A stretch of 64,000 bases of DNA from Yuukianura sp. NJ FZ-2021 (Eukaryota): positions 4,402,001 through 4,466,000 of the forward strand of contig CM102285.1 in assembly GCA_046563655.1 (NCBI GenBank). Reading direction: 5' to 3'. Every line of letters starts with the position of its first letter. Position 1 is the stretch's first letter. The position numbers and the translations under genes are program-made. The notes under the pieces were generated by a model. It worked only from the letters and a program-made list of their open reading frames with translations. It searched no databases and was not told the origin of the DNA. Positions 38,840 through 52,142 of the stretch are shown here, piece by piece.

Positions 38840-39190
38840 AATTTTTGTACAATTTTGTACCCTCGTGTATTAATTCAAGGATCTCATCCAGGATTGAAAA
38901 CTTTAGAATTTCTATCAAATTTAACTCACCTCTCTAATGGCGTTACATGAACAAAAATTGGTTTAAGATTACGATGGACAGATTCGCTTATTACCCATTT
39001 TCCCATAAGACTTCTGGTGCGCTTCCTGACTGATTGGTAAGACCCTCAGAAAAATACGACCACACTTTTCGCATTAGCACACGCTAATAAATAGCACACC
39101 TGACGATTATTTGACGAAAACAGGACCCTTCGCCCAGAAAACTTAGATTTTCTGGAAGATGTTTCTGAAATCCTGGGAAAACCCATTGAT

Positions 39191-39863
39191 GGGTCCATGC
39201 CATTGTTTCAAATCGAATTGCTTCAAATGAATTGTTTCAAATCGAATTGTTTCAAAAGGTAAATTGTTTCAAAAGGTAAATTGTTTCAAACAAAATTGTT
39301 TCTAAAAAAATTGTTTCAAATGGCCAATTGTTTCAAAAGGTAAATTGTTTCAAACAGAATTGTTTCTAAAAAAAATTGTTTCAAATGAGGACCAATTGCT
39401 TGGAATATTTGGAAGGCATTGCCCACAACATTGGGTTTTATGTTTAAAATATTTTCTTTGTTAATTTTGATTCGTTGACCGATAGTTTTAGTTTTGAATT
39501 AGTTTGGTATGTTATACTTGCTTAAGTTTATAGGATAGTACTTATTGCTTAATTGGGTAATTTGAAATTATTTTTAAAAGCAATTTCTCTTTAGGAATTT
39601 GGGTTTTTGGGTTTAGAAACAACTTTTTTTTAGAAACAATTTTTTTTTAAACAATTTACCTTTTGAAACAATTGGCCATTTGAAACAATTTTTTTAGAAA
39701 CAATTTTGTTTGAAACAATTTACCTTTTGAAACAATTCGATTTGAAACAATTCATTTGAAGCAATTCGATTTGAAACATTTCATTTGAAGCAATTCGATT
39801 TGAAACATTTCATTTGAAGCAATTCGATTTGAAACATTTCATTTGAAACAATGGCGTGCTCCC
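39191..39863. mobile_element. Foldback-type element with long modular inverted arms
   Basis: Left arm of AATTGTTTCAAA units (39200-39385) is mirrored by TTTGAAACAATT units (39615-39853). Ends GGGTCCATGCCATTG / CAATGGCGTGCTCCC; GAT on both flanks. Confidence 0.85.
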
Positions 39864-40612
39864 GATAAGATATTTCATAATCAAAATCATTGACCTTTAC
39901 TATTTACCATTTGATTAATTTTAATATTCGCGACGCGTTCGGAGCAATTAGTTTCTTATCAATTCATTCGTAGCATTGTGAGTCGGAGCAATTCATTCGG
40001 ATCAATGGCTCCGCTCTGCTTTTAATTAATATCATTCTTGTAGAATGGCAGGAAACAAGAAAAGTAACCGGTTTCTGAATGTTCCGCCAGGTCTGAGTAT
40101 TAGCGCGTCCTAAATTAAACCGCGATTTTGTTGTGGTGGTTGGGATTAGGCCTTGCTTTAGTTTTTGGACACACCGTTTAATGGCCAACTTCATCCTGTA
40201 ATCGTACCACACAGTAGTGGTTACAATAAAATTGACCGATTACGTTAGCGTGCGTAGACAATGTTAAACTTAGTAAACGGTTGACTAAAAACAACAAGTA
40301 CCCACACGTTGAACAACTAATGGAGGTCGTTACAATGTGGGTGCAACCGAACTGCCTTTGCGTCAGCTGAACCGGTGATCTTTGTTTTGGATTTCGGATT
40401 AAGTTTTATTGTGAAATTCATAGTGTGAATTTAATTTTAAACGCGGTCTGTATTGTGTAAACGGAGGACAAAGGCAAACTTGTTGTAAGTGCTTAGTACT
40501 TTACAGTGTAGGTAAGGTTTTGATTTGTTAGGTTAAGTTGTGGACCGAATCTGGAGCTGGAGCTGGTGTAGGCATTACTCAAGAAAAACGTCGCGACTCG
40601 CGAGTAGTGACG

Positions 40613-43600
40613 ATGGCAGCGCAAACTAACGCTAACAGCCATGAACTTCATCCGCCTGTGTCATATATAATCGGAGGTGTTCCAGTGGATTTCCCTACGA
40701 AGGCATATCCATCTCAAATTGCAATGATGAGCAAGGTCAGCCGTTTTACAACATAATTTTTATCTTTTGAATGTGATGCCGGACTCGCGTGAACAACTGG
40801 CTACTAGTAGTTATAGTTTGATAAGTACATTCTGCTTTTCAGGTAATACAAAGTCTCAAAACCAGGCAGAATTCTCTACTCGAGAGTCCTACCGGTTCCG
40901 GCAAAAGTTTAGCTCTTCTTTGCGCGAGTTTGGCCTGGCAGAACCACGAAGCAGGTAAAACTTTAGTCTTTCTCCACTGTTTTTGCAAAACCCATAATAT
41001 GCATACGTTTTCTCAAAAGAAACCTGTCTTTTCAGCACGAGTAACAAAACATAATGCAGAGATTGATGAGCGAGAACGTCAAAGAGCAAACGAAAAGCCG
41101 TTGAAAGGACAAAAGGCAAAAAACAAGGACGTTAACATTCCGAAGACAGGTGAAAGCCATGTTTCAAAACGTATTTATTCACTTGTGTCACTTACACTAC
41201 TACTCGGACTTTATTTGTTTATTTCCAAAAAATCTTTAAAAAGCTGAATAACCTTTTGTTTGAACTTGTATTTTTATTCACTAGGGAATGACGAGGTACA
41301 AGGATCGTCATCGATGGCTAAATTCGAATTCTTGTTGTCGGATGATGAAGACGATTTCCAGCCTCCCAAGCGAACGAAAACGTCTAACATGACCACGACA
41401 TCGAGTGGAGTTAGTTAAAGAATAAATAAAATACTCTAACTAATTAGTTTTAATGTTTGGTGGTAATTGTTTTATTCAGGGTATGGGTGACTTCGTTCAA
41501 CAAGGTCCAGAACCCTCAGACTGTGATAAGTCTTGTACTTCGACCACATCTGAATCATCCAAATCGGAACAGTTTTCGTGTCCACTGGCGGATAAAAAGC
41601 TTCAGTAAGTTCGGCCTTGAGAGACTGGCATTGGCCTTCAGTGTTTCGCCAAAATTGTTCGAATTTTTTGAGTTTCTCATCATGGTTTTGTCTTGGGTTT
41701 GTAGAGTCCCTAAAATTTTTTGGAACACGGACCCACAAGCAAATTGCTCAGATCACACGGGAACTTCGCAAAACCGTGTACAAGTCGGCTAGGTAATAAT
41801 ACTTTTATTTACCATTTACGGAGGTGTTTTGGGCAGTAACTTCGTAAAATGCGGAAAAACCTTTTGAAATTAATGAAAGATGGATAGGATAGGATGCGAA
41901 ATAGTTACCCTAATCATCATTTTCGGTGTAATGGTTACTAAAGCTAAGTTCCTCACCGGGCTTTTTTACTCTGAGAGTATTTATTATAAATACTTCCTCT
42001 CTGTAGATCCGTTGTTCTGGCGAGCCGTGACTACACATGTGTGCATCCCGTGGTTTCCAAGCAACCTAACAAGAATGAGGCGTGTAAAGAACTTTTGGAT
42101 ACTACAACCACCGAGGTAAGGCCAAGGCCTGCTGTTTTCAATTATGCGGTGCCAGCGACACTGCAGCGAATTTTAAATGTGTACTTTAGGGTGGCGGATG
42201 CGGGTGGCAGATGTCTGCGAAAAAATTTGGCACTTTCCCCAATTTAAGCAATCTCGGACTTAGCTTGGGTTATGATCTCGAGGAGTTTGTGCAGCTTGGA
42301 CGAGAGGTGAGTTTGTACTCAAGTCTACATTTTGTTGTCAATCGTTGATTTAACCGATTGTTATTATTTTGAATCTTGAACCATAGTACAAGGCTTGTCC
42401 GTATTACGCGACACGACAATTGATGCCAGTTTGTGACATCATTTTTTGCCCTTACAACTACTTGATTGATCCTCACATCCGAAAAAGCGTAAGTTCAATG
42501 TCAGGAAAAATGTCAGTCAACAGCCTTTGTGGTTATTATATACGTTTTACAATTGTGTTTAGATGGCCATCGAATTAAGTGGCCAAATCGTGATTTTCGA
42601 TGAAGCCCACAACATGGAGGACATCTCCCGTGACGCATCCAGTGCTTCTATTTCCCAAGAAAGTATTCAGTCAGCTATGCAGGACTGTGAAAAAGTCGCG
42701 CAACTCTGGTCAGGGGGCGAGGCCGACGGGCACCAAGAGTTGGTTCGTGTCTTTTCATTTTTTTTAACTATTCAATATTATTGCTTTCGGGTTAGCACGA
42801 AGTGCTTAAGTAGATATTTGCAGACGACCTTAATCTCGGGAAGAGCAAAACCGATTCCGAGTCAAGTCGCTTTCCAACTTGGAAAGCGACTTGGAAATTC
42901 CAAGTTGTCATTGCCATTTTTTTATAAAGATGGGTTCTTGAACTTGCTATTACGTTTCTTACGTGAATCTTAATGTAGTCGCATACCGAATACAGTACAA
43001 ATGGGTATTAATAAGTTATCATTAAACTTTGTTTCCGATTTAAACCGTTTTCTGTAATCCCATCATAGGCCGAGTTACTCTCAAAACTAAGCCTGTGGAT
43101 GGACTCTGCGTCACGGGAAATGAGAGAACTAGACTTCAGCAACGAGGGGAGACATTGGACCGGCACGGAATTCTCTGCCACTATGAAAAATTTTGGCTTC
43201 TCCGACAATCTACCTGACTGCAAAGTGAGATGTTACTTCGTATCAAATATTGCATCTAGCTTCTTTACTTTAGCTTTCTGTATCGTTGTTTCATCTCAAC
43301 GTGATCTTGAACAGTATGATTGATCGTTAATTTTCAGAACCACTTTCGAGACATCATGGCGCACAGAGACATGCACTTGGAGTTAATGAAAGAAAGGGGC
43401 AGAGTAAAACCAAAGGAACTACACAAGCAGCCTCTTATCAGCGCACTAACTGTCAAGCTTATTGAGGACGTTTTCCATGTGTTCGACCAGTTGGAGAGAG
43501 AAAATGGGCTTTACAGGGACGATTTTCGTGTCGCTCTCCTTAAATCAACCATCAGACGCAGGAAGAACGTTAGCGAACCGACCTTGAGCCGAAGTGCTTT

Positions 43601-45459
43601 ATCTCTAAACTTTTGGTGCTTGAATCCAGCTGTAGCGTTCGTGGTTAGACTTACGCTATATTTGTTTAATTGATAATTTTGTATAATGTTCTTAATTCTA
43701 GTGTTGAATGTTTTGTTTTGTTTCTGTTTTATTTCGCGACTTTAGGACTTGAAGGAGCAGGTACATTGTATCGTATTGACTTCGGGAACACTTTCGCCAC
43801 TTCAATCCTTCAAATCTGAACTTGGTACTTCGTTTCCTATTGTACTGGAAGCATCTCATGTCATTGACCAGAATCAGGTAATCAGCCAAAGTGTCTTTAG
43901 TCTCAAATTGCTACCGCTACCTTAAACTTTTCAGCAACAGCAATGTATTATTCTATGGACAGGTATACGCTGGTGCGGTTTCGTGTGGACCGTCAAATAA
44001 GAATCTGAATGGTAGCTATCAGAGTGTGGAGACTTTTGAGTACCAAGACGAACTTGGTGATCTTGTGGCCCGAGTTTGTCAACTCATTCCACACGGCGTC
44101 TTATGCTTCTTTCCATCCTACCGGCTTCTTGAAAAAGTGACTGAAAGGTAAGCTATTGTAATATGAATTTATTATTGTTAAAAAACATATTTATGAAAGT
44201 CTACCCTTAGGTGGCAAATGACGTCTTGTTGGCGTACTATAGAAGGATTAAAGGACATTTATATTGAACCGAGAAGTGGAAATGCGGAATTCCAGGAAAT
44301 AATTTCGTCTTTCTACGCTTCCATCGAAGAGACAAACGTGAGCTTCTAATACAGTGCAATACCGCAATACTAATATAGTAGTTAAGTTATCACTTATGAC
44401 TTTGATTCATTTGTGTAATTTTGTTATTGTAGGTTGAACCGCGTGGGAGTATTACTGGAGCTTTATTTATGGCAGTTTGCCGTGGAAAGGTTAGCGAAGG
44501 TCTTGACTTTGCCGACAACAATGCTCGAGCGGTGATATGCGTAAGTCCTAAAATACTGTACCAGAAGTTTAGTAAGTGAAATGGACTTTTATTTTGTGTC
44601 GTGTTTGGTTTCTAAAGATTGGAATCCCGTTTCCAAACTTCAAAGATTTGCAAATCGGCTTAAAGCGAGACTACAATGAGAAAAATCGATCTCGTGGATT
44701 GTTGCCTGGTGCGGAATGGTATGAAATTCAGGCTTTCAGGTACGGATTCAAACTAATTATAAGAAGTAAAGTAGTTAACAGTTTTAACTTAACATTGTTT
44801 CCCAATTAAACTAAACGCATTCGCATTTTTATCAGAGCACTGAATCAAGCTCTTGGACGTTGCATCCGCCATCGTCACGATTGGGGAGCCATTCTGTTGG
44901 TAGATGACCGCTTTCAAAGGACACCAAGATACATCAATTCACTCTCAAAGTGGGTCAGAAATTCGGTATGTTTCAGAAGCGAAAATACGATAAATCAACT
45001 TACAATTTAATTTAGGTGAATAATTCAATGTTATGCTTATTTTAGGTACGACCATTTCATTCTTGGCAAGAAACACAGACTGGTTTAGTTCACTTTCGAG
45101 ATAAAATGCTGTTAGCCTATCCACGACCAGTGACAACTAGCAAAGAAATTGACATTGACTTGCCGGCCGACGATGCACCGCATCCAGGAGTTTTGCTCGG
45201 TAATAATCCATCCACATCAAGCGAAAGCGGACTCCTTCCTGCTATTTCTGATCGTTTCAGCTCTAGCTGGGGCATTCCTTCTCCTATTCCTGGTCGGGAA
45301 TTGGGAGTAGGAAATAATTCAAGATCTCCGTATTTTGGGAGCAAGAGCACCCCACAGCGCGTATTCTCAATCTTTGCTCCTGCAGCGAAGAAACCCAAGA
45401 CTTCGAACAAAGGTTCCAAAATGAACCCGATAACTTTCGATGATGAAGAGACTAACTAA
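40613..45459 (+). CDS. BRIP1: Fanconi anemia group J / BRIP1 Fe-S DNA helicase, multi-exon
   Basis: [121 protein letters not shown]. One apparent homopolymer frameshift near 41716. Confidence 0.95.
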
Positions 45460-46138
45460 TTTAATGGACCAGTTACCAATTCTCGGTGTTAGAAAGTATC
45501 ACCATTGAGTTCCTTAATATCCTTCCATTTAGCTACTTTTGGTAAGCTTTGCTCAATTAATTTAAACTCAATTAATTATTAATTTAACAATTAAATGTTA
45601 AAGCGTGCCTAATAATCCTGTCTGCCATTGGCACTGGAGTCGATAGGCTTTGGTGAAAGGTTTACGATTAACTACAACGCTACTTTACTGTATTGGACAT
45701 CTTAGTAATGAATTAATGTCTACCACTAAAAATATTGCCATACTAGGTTTAGTTTTTTCAATTGAACGGACGGTACAATTAATTACCTGATTTACTACTA
45801 AAGTTGATGTAGGGCTTATTTTTCCAAAAAAAAAGATAAACGTCTCCTCGTCATTAAACCAGTTATTTTGCCGCTGATAATGCAGAAGAACAATAAATAA
45901 ACATTAAAACTGAAAGTGAACCATTCATGTCACGTTGGTTGGGATTTTGGAAATTACCGAATGTAATGCCTCATGTCGTCCGCTGCCATGCCCGCCATGG
46001 TGGAAAAGTTTTCTTTTGTAATTCTTTGAAAGATTGTTTTTGTAAACTCATAAAAAAAATTTCGTTAGATAGTAATATGATAGTTATTAATATTAGGGAA
46101 TATAAAAAAAATGACTTTTTCAAAAAAAAAAGAAAAGA

Positions 46139-46258
46139 ATGCCAAGAGCACCCGGGGTTCCCAGGCGGTCACCCATTCAAGTACTAACCGGGCCCGACGT
46201 TGCTTAACTTCAGTGATCGGACGAGAACTGGTGCTTTCAACGTGGTATGGACCTTGGC
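46139..46258 (-). rRNA. 5S ribosomal RNA
   Basis: GCCAAGGTCCATACCACGTTGAAAGCACCAGTTCTCGTCCGATCACTGAAGTTAAGCAACGTCGGG...AGTACTTGAATGGGTGACCGCCTGGGAA...CTTGGC, followed by a T-run (Pol III terminator). Confidence 0.97.
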
Positions 46259-46540
46259 AGGAGGATGTTGGAAATAACACACAGATGAAATAACAAATTG
46301 AATCAAACGACAATTTTTACCAGCATTCACATTTTTGCAAATCTTTTAACAAATCTCGCTACACTAAACTCAATTAACAACTTCAATTAACTCAATCATT
46401 TAAAATATCCGCAATCCGAACCTGGCGAAACTCCCGACTCTAAATTTCTAAATTAAAGAAGACTTTACTCGAAAATCTTTCTCTTCGCATCTCTTTACAC
46501 ACTTTTTTTTAACGTTTTTTGCTCTTTGTTAGATTGTGGT

Positions 46541-46556
46541 GGCCCTTAAAAGGGCC
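46541..46556 (-). promoter_or_regulatory. Histone 3' stem-loop (H2B)
   Basis: GGCCCTTTTAAGGGCC-ACCA followed by AAAGAGC downstream element. Confidence 0.95.
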
Positions 46557-46589
46557 GTTGGTTTAACTAGGCTCTGGTGATGTTGAGAT

Positions 46590-46964
46590 TTACTTGGAAG
46601 AAGTGTACTTGGTCACAGCCTTCGTCCCTTCAGACACTGCGTGTTTAGCCAGTTCTCCAGGCAGCAGGAGGCGCACAGCAGTTTGAATTTCGCGGGAAGT
46701 GATGGTGGTACGCTTGTTGTAGTGCGAGAGTCGTGAGGCCTCTGCTGCGATTCTTTCGAAGATGTCGTTGACGAAAGAGTTCATGATGGACATGGCTTTG
46801 GAGGAGACGCCAGTGTCTGGATGAACTTGCTTGAGGACCTTGTAGATGTAGATGGCGTAGGACTCCTTCCGCTTCATCTTCTTCTTCTTCTTGTCGCCCT
46901 TCGAGATGTTCTTCTGTGCCTTCCCTGCCTTCTTCGCTGCTTTTCCGCTCACTTTTGGTGGCAT
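46590..46964 (-). CDS. His2B: Histone H2B
   Basis: [14 protein letters not shown]...[21 protein letters not shown]...TKYTSSK. Confidence 0.99.
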   Translation of the reverse strand: MPPKVSGKAAKKAGKAQKNISKGDKKKKKMKRKESYAIYIYKVLKQVHPDTGVSSKAMSIMNSFVNDIFERIAAEASRLSHYNKRTTITSREIQTAVRLLLPGELAKHAVSEGTKAVTKYTSSK

Positions 46965-47732
46965 CTTGCTTGGTTTCCGGTTGTCGGAGAGAGAGAAAAT
47001 CGAGAGACTTTGTGAAGTGAATGAGTGGATTCTGTTTTGTCTCCCCTTTTATATGGACCCGAGAGGAGTAGAATTCGAGATGATTTTACTCTTTTGGAGT
47101 TGGGGGTGGGGAAATGCATGGGGTGGCAATGGACAAAATACACAGAGGGACCACCCCAACTCCACCAAACCCCCGTGCCAAAAAAACACAAAAGAGCGAG
47201 CGTCGTCATCGGCGTCAGATTTGCCCCCTCTCTCTCCAAATTCGAACGCTTCTCCGTTTTTCCCGGATGAAGCGGAAAATTCCCAAAAACTATTGAAAAA
47301 ACAAGGTGAGAAAAACGAAAAAACAGAAAACGATGATGCCTAACGAAAAATTAAATGAAGAATTAAAAACCGAAGTTTAAGATGATTGATGACATTGTAT
47401 GTAGATTCAGCTTATTTTCAAATTTCGTAGTGCATGAGGTCAGGCGAGCTTAAAAATTTCGGATAGAAGAGACCAGGGTGAGAGTTCATAATTTGTTTTT
47501 GAATGAGTATTACGTCAGTGGAGTTTATTGTTCAAATTCAATTGACATTTTGAGTGGAACGGAGGTCAAAGTTTTTTTTTTATTTCATTGAGATTTAAAC
47601 TGAATTCGAACTGTGTAAAATTCAAAGTGAACACTCGGAAGTAATCAAATTTTTTAAAATTAAATTAACAGTGTTCTGAATTGTATTTTTGTAATTTATT
47701 CTGGTTGGTTTTAGCTCTTTGTAAATTTTGGT

Positions 47733-47748
47733 GGCCCTTAAAAGGGCC
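47733..47748 (-). promoter_or_regulatory. Histone 3' stem-loop (H2A)
   Basis: GGCCCTTTTAAGGGCC-ACCA followed by AAAGAGC. Confidence 0.95.
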
Positions 47749-47788
47749 GTTGGTCATAAATAGAAGTAGAGTTGATTTGTGTAGATTT

Positions 47789-48250
<462 letters not shown>

Positions 48251-48849
48251 TTATAGGGTGGGCAGAGGTGTAAGATTTCGCTGTGTTTTACTCTTTTGGA
48301 GTAAGTTGAGAGGGGAATTTTGGGTAGCCGGAGCGACAAAAAAAATTGCAGCTGCGGGAAATTCAAATTTTTGGTGCGGACCGAAAGGCAGGTAAAACAA
48401 GACAGCCACAGGAACAAAACGAAAAGAAAAACTTAAATGACGTTTAGTTTAATAAACTTTTAATCACGATTAAACTAAATACTACTAAGTAAACTATGTT
48501 TCATCATCGCATCGCCTCTCCACTTCTGCACTGACACAATTACATCTTTGCTTGACCTTTCTCCAAACAGGATTCTTAAAAGATTTCAACAAATTCTACT
48601 CATTTTCTTTAGTTTACATCAATCAAATAAATTTTAATGGTATTTTTTGTTTAATGTAATTCATTTTATTTCATTGAACTGAAACTTAAAACTAAAAATA
48701 GCAAAACCACATCGTAGTTTGTTCAAGATTTTGAAACTAGCGGATTAAAATTGAACAACACAGCCTTTATGCAAGCGTAAGTAAAAAAAAGCTCAACTTC
48801 GAACTTAATTCTATGAATAGATTGGTTTTAGCTCTTTGTAAATTGTGGT

Positions 48850-48865
48850 GGCCCTTAAAAGGGCC
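48850..48865 (-). promoter_or_regulatory. Histone 3' stem-loop (H4)
   Basis: GGCCCTTTTAAGGGCC-ACCA followed by AAAGAGC. Confidence 0.95.
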
Positions 48866-48901
48866 GTTGGTTGGATGTTGATGTTGAAGAGGACTTTGAT
48901 T

Positions 48902-49309
<408 letters not shown>

Positions 49310-49486
49310 TTAGGCAGGAGTGCGGACCGAAGAGTGTACAAAAATCGCTGTTTTCTACCAACGAACAACGCATGACTCACTTCTTTGTATAACTGTTCTT
49401 CCCCTCAGCCCCTCTTCTCTCGCCTCATTTTGAAGGGGACTTCCGAAGCCACCCAAAACTTTTTTTTGCTCTTTGTAAATTTTGGT

Positions 49487-49502
49487 GGCCCTTAAAAGGG
49501 CC
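49487..49502 (-). promoter_or_regulatory. Histone 3' stem-loop (H1)
   Basis: GGCCCTTTTAAGGGCC-ACCA followed by AAAGAGC. Confidence 0.95.
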
Positions 49503-49538
49503 TTTGGTTAATATATCTAGAGATGTGTGGGAAATAAT

Positions 49539-50306
49539 TTACTTCTTCTTGGCAGGGGCCTTCTTTGCTGCTGGCTTCTTCGGGGGAGCCTTTTTCGATT
49601 TAGCAGGAGCCTTGGTGGGTTTAGCCTCAGCCTTTGGTGGGGCAGGAGAAGCAGCTTTTGGTGGGGAAGCAGCCTTCTTTGGCGCAGGGGCCTTTTTAGG
49701 TGGGGCAGCTTTTTTCGGAGATGCCTTTGGTGGGGCTTTCTTCGCTGCTGCAGGAGCCTTCTTGGGGGGAGACTTCTTCGGTGGGGAAGCGGCCTTCGCA
49801 GGAGACGCTGCTTTCTTTGCTGCTGGTTTCTTAGCAACGGCGGTTTTCTTTGGAGACGCAGCTTTCTTGGTGGCAGCAGCCTTTGGCTTGGAAGCCCCAC
49901 CAGCTCCAGGAAGTTTGAAGGAACCGTTGGCACCTATACCTTTGACCTGCACAAGGGTACCAGCAGCCACGGCGGACTTGAGGAACTTCCGGATGAAGGG
50001 AGCTAATTTCTCAGCATCCACCTTGTGATGGTCAGAAATGAACTTCTTAATGGCCTTAAGGGACGACCCACCACGCTCACCCAGGCCCTTGACAGCTTCA
50101 GTCACCATGATGGCAGTACTCGGATGGTCGGAAGACTTCTTCACTGCTTTCTTCGGTGCGGGCGACTTCTTCTCCTTCGGGGCTGGTTTGGCCTTGGGCG
50201 TTTTCGGTTTTGTGGCTGCAGGACGACCTCGACCTTTGCCTTTGGCAGCAGCAGTGGCTGGTGCTGGAGCAGCCTCGGCTTCAACGGCAGTTTCAGAGTC
50301 GGACAT
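49539..50306 (-). CDS. His1: Histone H1 (255 aa)
   Basis: Globular domain HPSTAIMVTEAV..ERGGSSLKAIKKFI..KGIGANGSFKL and a K/A/P-rich tail with SPxK motifs. Confidence 0.98.
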   Translation of the reverse strand: MSDSETAVEAEAAPAPATAAAKGKGRGRPAATKPKTPKAKPAPKEKKSPAPKKAVKKSSDHPSTAIMVTEAVKGLGERGGSSLKAIKKFISDHHKVDAEKLAPFIRKFLKSAVAAGTLVQVKGIGANGSFKLPGAGGASKPKAAATKKAASPKKTAVAKKPAAKKAASPAKAASPPKKSPPKKAPAAAKKAPPKASPKKAAPPKKAPAPKKAASPPKAASPAPPKAEAKPTKAPAKSKKAPPKKPAAKKAPAKKK

Positions 50307-52142
50307 TTTCGAAATTTTTAATTTAAAAATTGAATTTGTGAAGCAGAATTTCGATTTTGCAAAATGGCGTTTGAATAAGTGGTTGAGCCGAGGCTGCTGT
50401 GGTGTTGATCCAAGGTGCGACCGTCGGAGCAGCCACTTCAAAATTTCACTCTTCCGAGCACCAAAATCCCACTCTCCCTCATCCTCTTTGTGTTTTCTTT
50501 TCGCACTTTTTCAAAATTATCTCCGTTTGGGAAAACGTTTTTTGGAAACTTTTTGAAGCCACTTGATAGCTCATACACTTAGCTATCATCTGATTTTTGT
50601 GCCATCAAAATCCACCGATCCGTTAAAAAGTTAGGCGGGATTTGCGAGGAGCCTATCCCCCGATTTCCAAAATTTTTGGCAATTTCTTCCCATTTCTAAA
50701 AAATTTGGACAAACTTTGGAGTTTGATTTTTTGACTGGGCATAGCGGGGTCCTTGGCCTTCGTATTGGTTTTGATTTCATGAAATTCCGTTCATCCGTTG
50801 TTTCGTAATTTTGATTTGAGTGGAGGCAGAAGACACGATTTGCTCAAGACAGAAACTGCCTATTCTCAACTTTGACCCCGAATTATACTCCGCTCCAAAG
50901 TAACCCACACAAATTTTGAAACCACCGCTCCATTTCTGATCAAATTCTGAACAGAGAAATTTTTAAAATTTTGGGGCGTGGCTTAAGTGTAGTTTACTGG
51001 TGGTAAGTATTAGCATGTCCTGAGTTACAAAGTTCATTTTTCATGGGAAAAGTCCATTCAAGATAGGCAGAGTGGAAGAGTTGCAGAGTATTTCAACAGA
51101 AACTGCAACGTAGCTTATGTTAAAAGCTACTAAGTAGTGGCCCAATCTTAGCTATCCTTACCTAAACTTAAGTCTACACTTAAATTAATGTTAAATTTTC
51201 AAAAAAAAAAAAAAAAACATAAAAAATTTTTCATTCAATTTTTCATAAAATTCAAACTTCATTTCTCTTATTTCTGCTACAAGTTGCATTTTAGTTTTGG
51301 AAATTCAAAAGTTCGACTCTTCTGCATCGTCTTCGTCACCCCTTTTTACATTTTTCAAAACTTTGAATGTGAAATTGTCAAAAAATTGATACCACTTTTT
51401 CAACTTTGATACGAGATAATTCAAAAAGTTAAACTTTTTTTTAAATTGATTTTTTTTTAAATTTTGAAATGTTAGTCCTTTTGATGCAAATGGTCGCTAG
51501 TTGGCGCCAAAATGAATTTGACATTTCTGTAAAGTTTTCGAGCATTTGACTTGAGGAAAACAAAAAAGTCCCCGAGCAGCTTGTCATACTTCTGTACCAC
51601 AAAATAAATTTATAAATTTTGTAATTTAACTAAACTCGTCAGAATTTGTGATTTAGGAAAAAATAAATTTCGAAAACTCTTGATTTTACGAGGTTGGGAA
51701 ATGTCGTAATTGAAAAACAGTGAATTGGAAAAATTCGTCAAAATTGTATTCGAATGTACGACTAATAAAAAAGCTAATGAAAAAAATGTGTAACTGAGAA
51801 TTTACTTTTAAATTTCAAAAATACTTCACTTCAAAACGCTTGCCAAAAGTTACTGAAACAATTTGTGTTTTGCCAAAGTGGTCAAAAATTTGTTCGAGGA
51901 AGAAAGCTATTATGTATATGTATGTGCAACAACTTGCAAATGGAAAGTTACTAAAATTAAAAGTTACTCACTAAAATTTACCAAAATTAGATTATCAATA
52001 TTGTTAGATTCAACAATCCATGTGAATATGTCGTAAATGAAGAGTATTTTTGAATATGGCAAAATGCTTCAGCTTAGGATTAGTAAACGTACTAACTTCT
52101 AAAACGACGTTTAACTCAAGCATAACTATTTTAACTCTTGTT

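Noticed and set aside
46065..46313. ORFs spanning 46.1-46.3 kb
   Set aside because: They overlap the 5S rRNA gene and are spurious translations.
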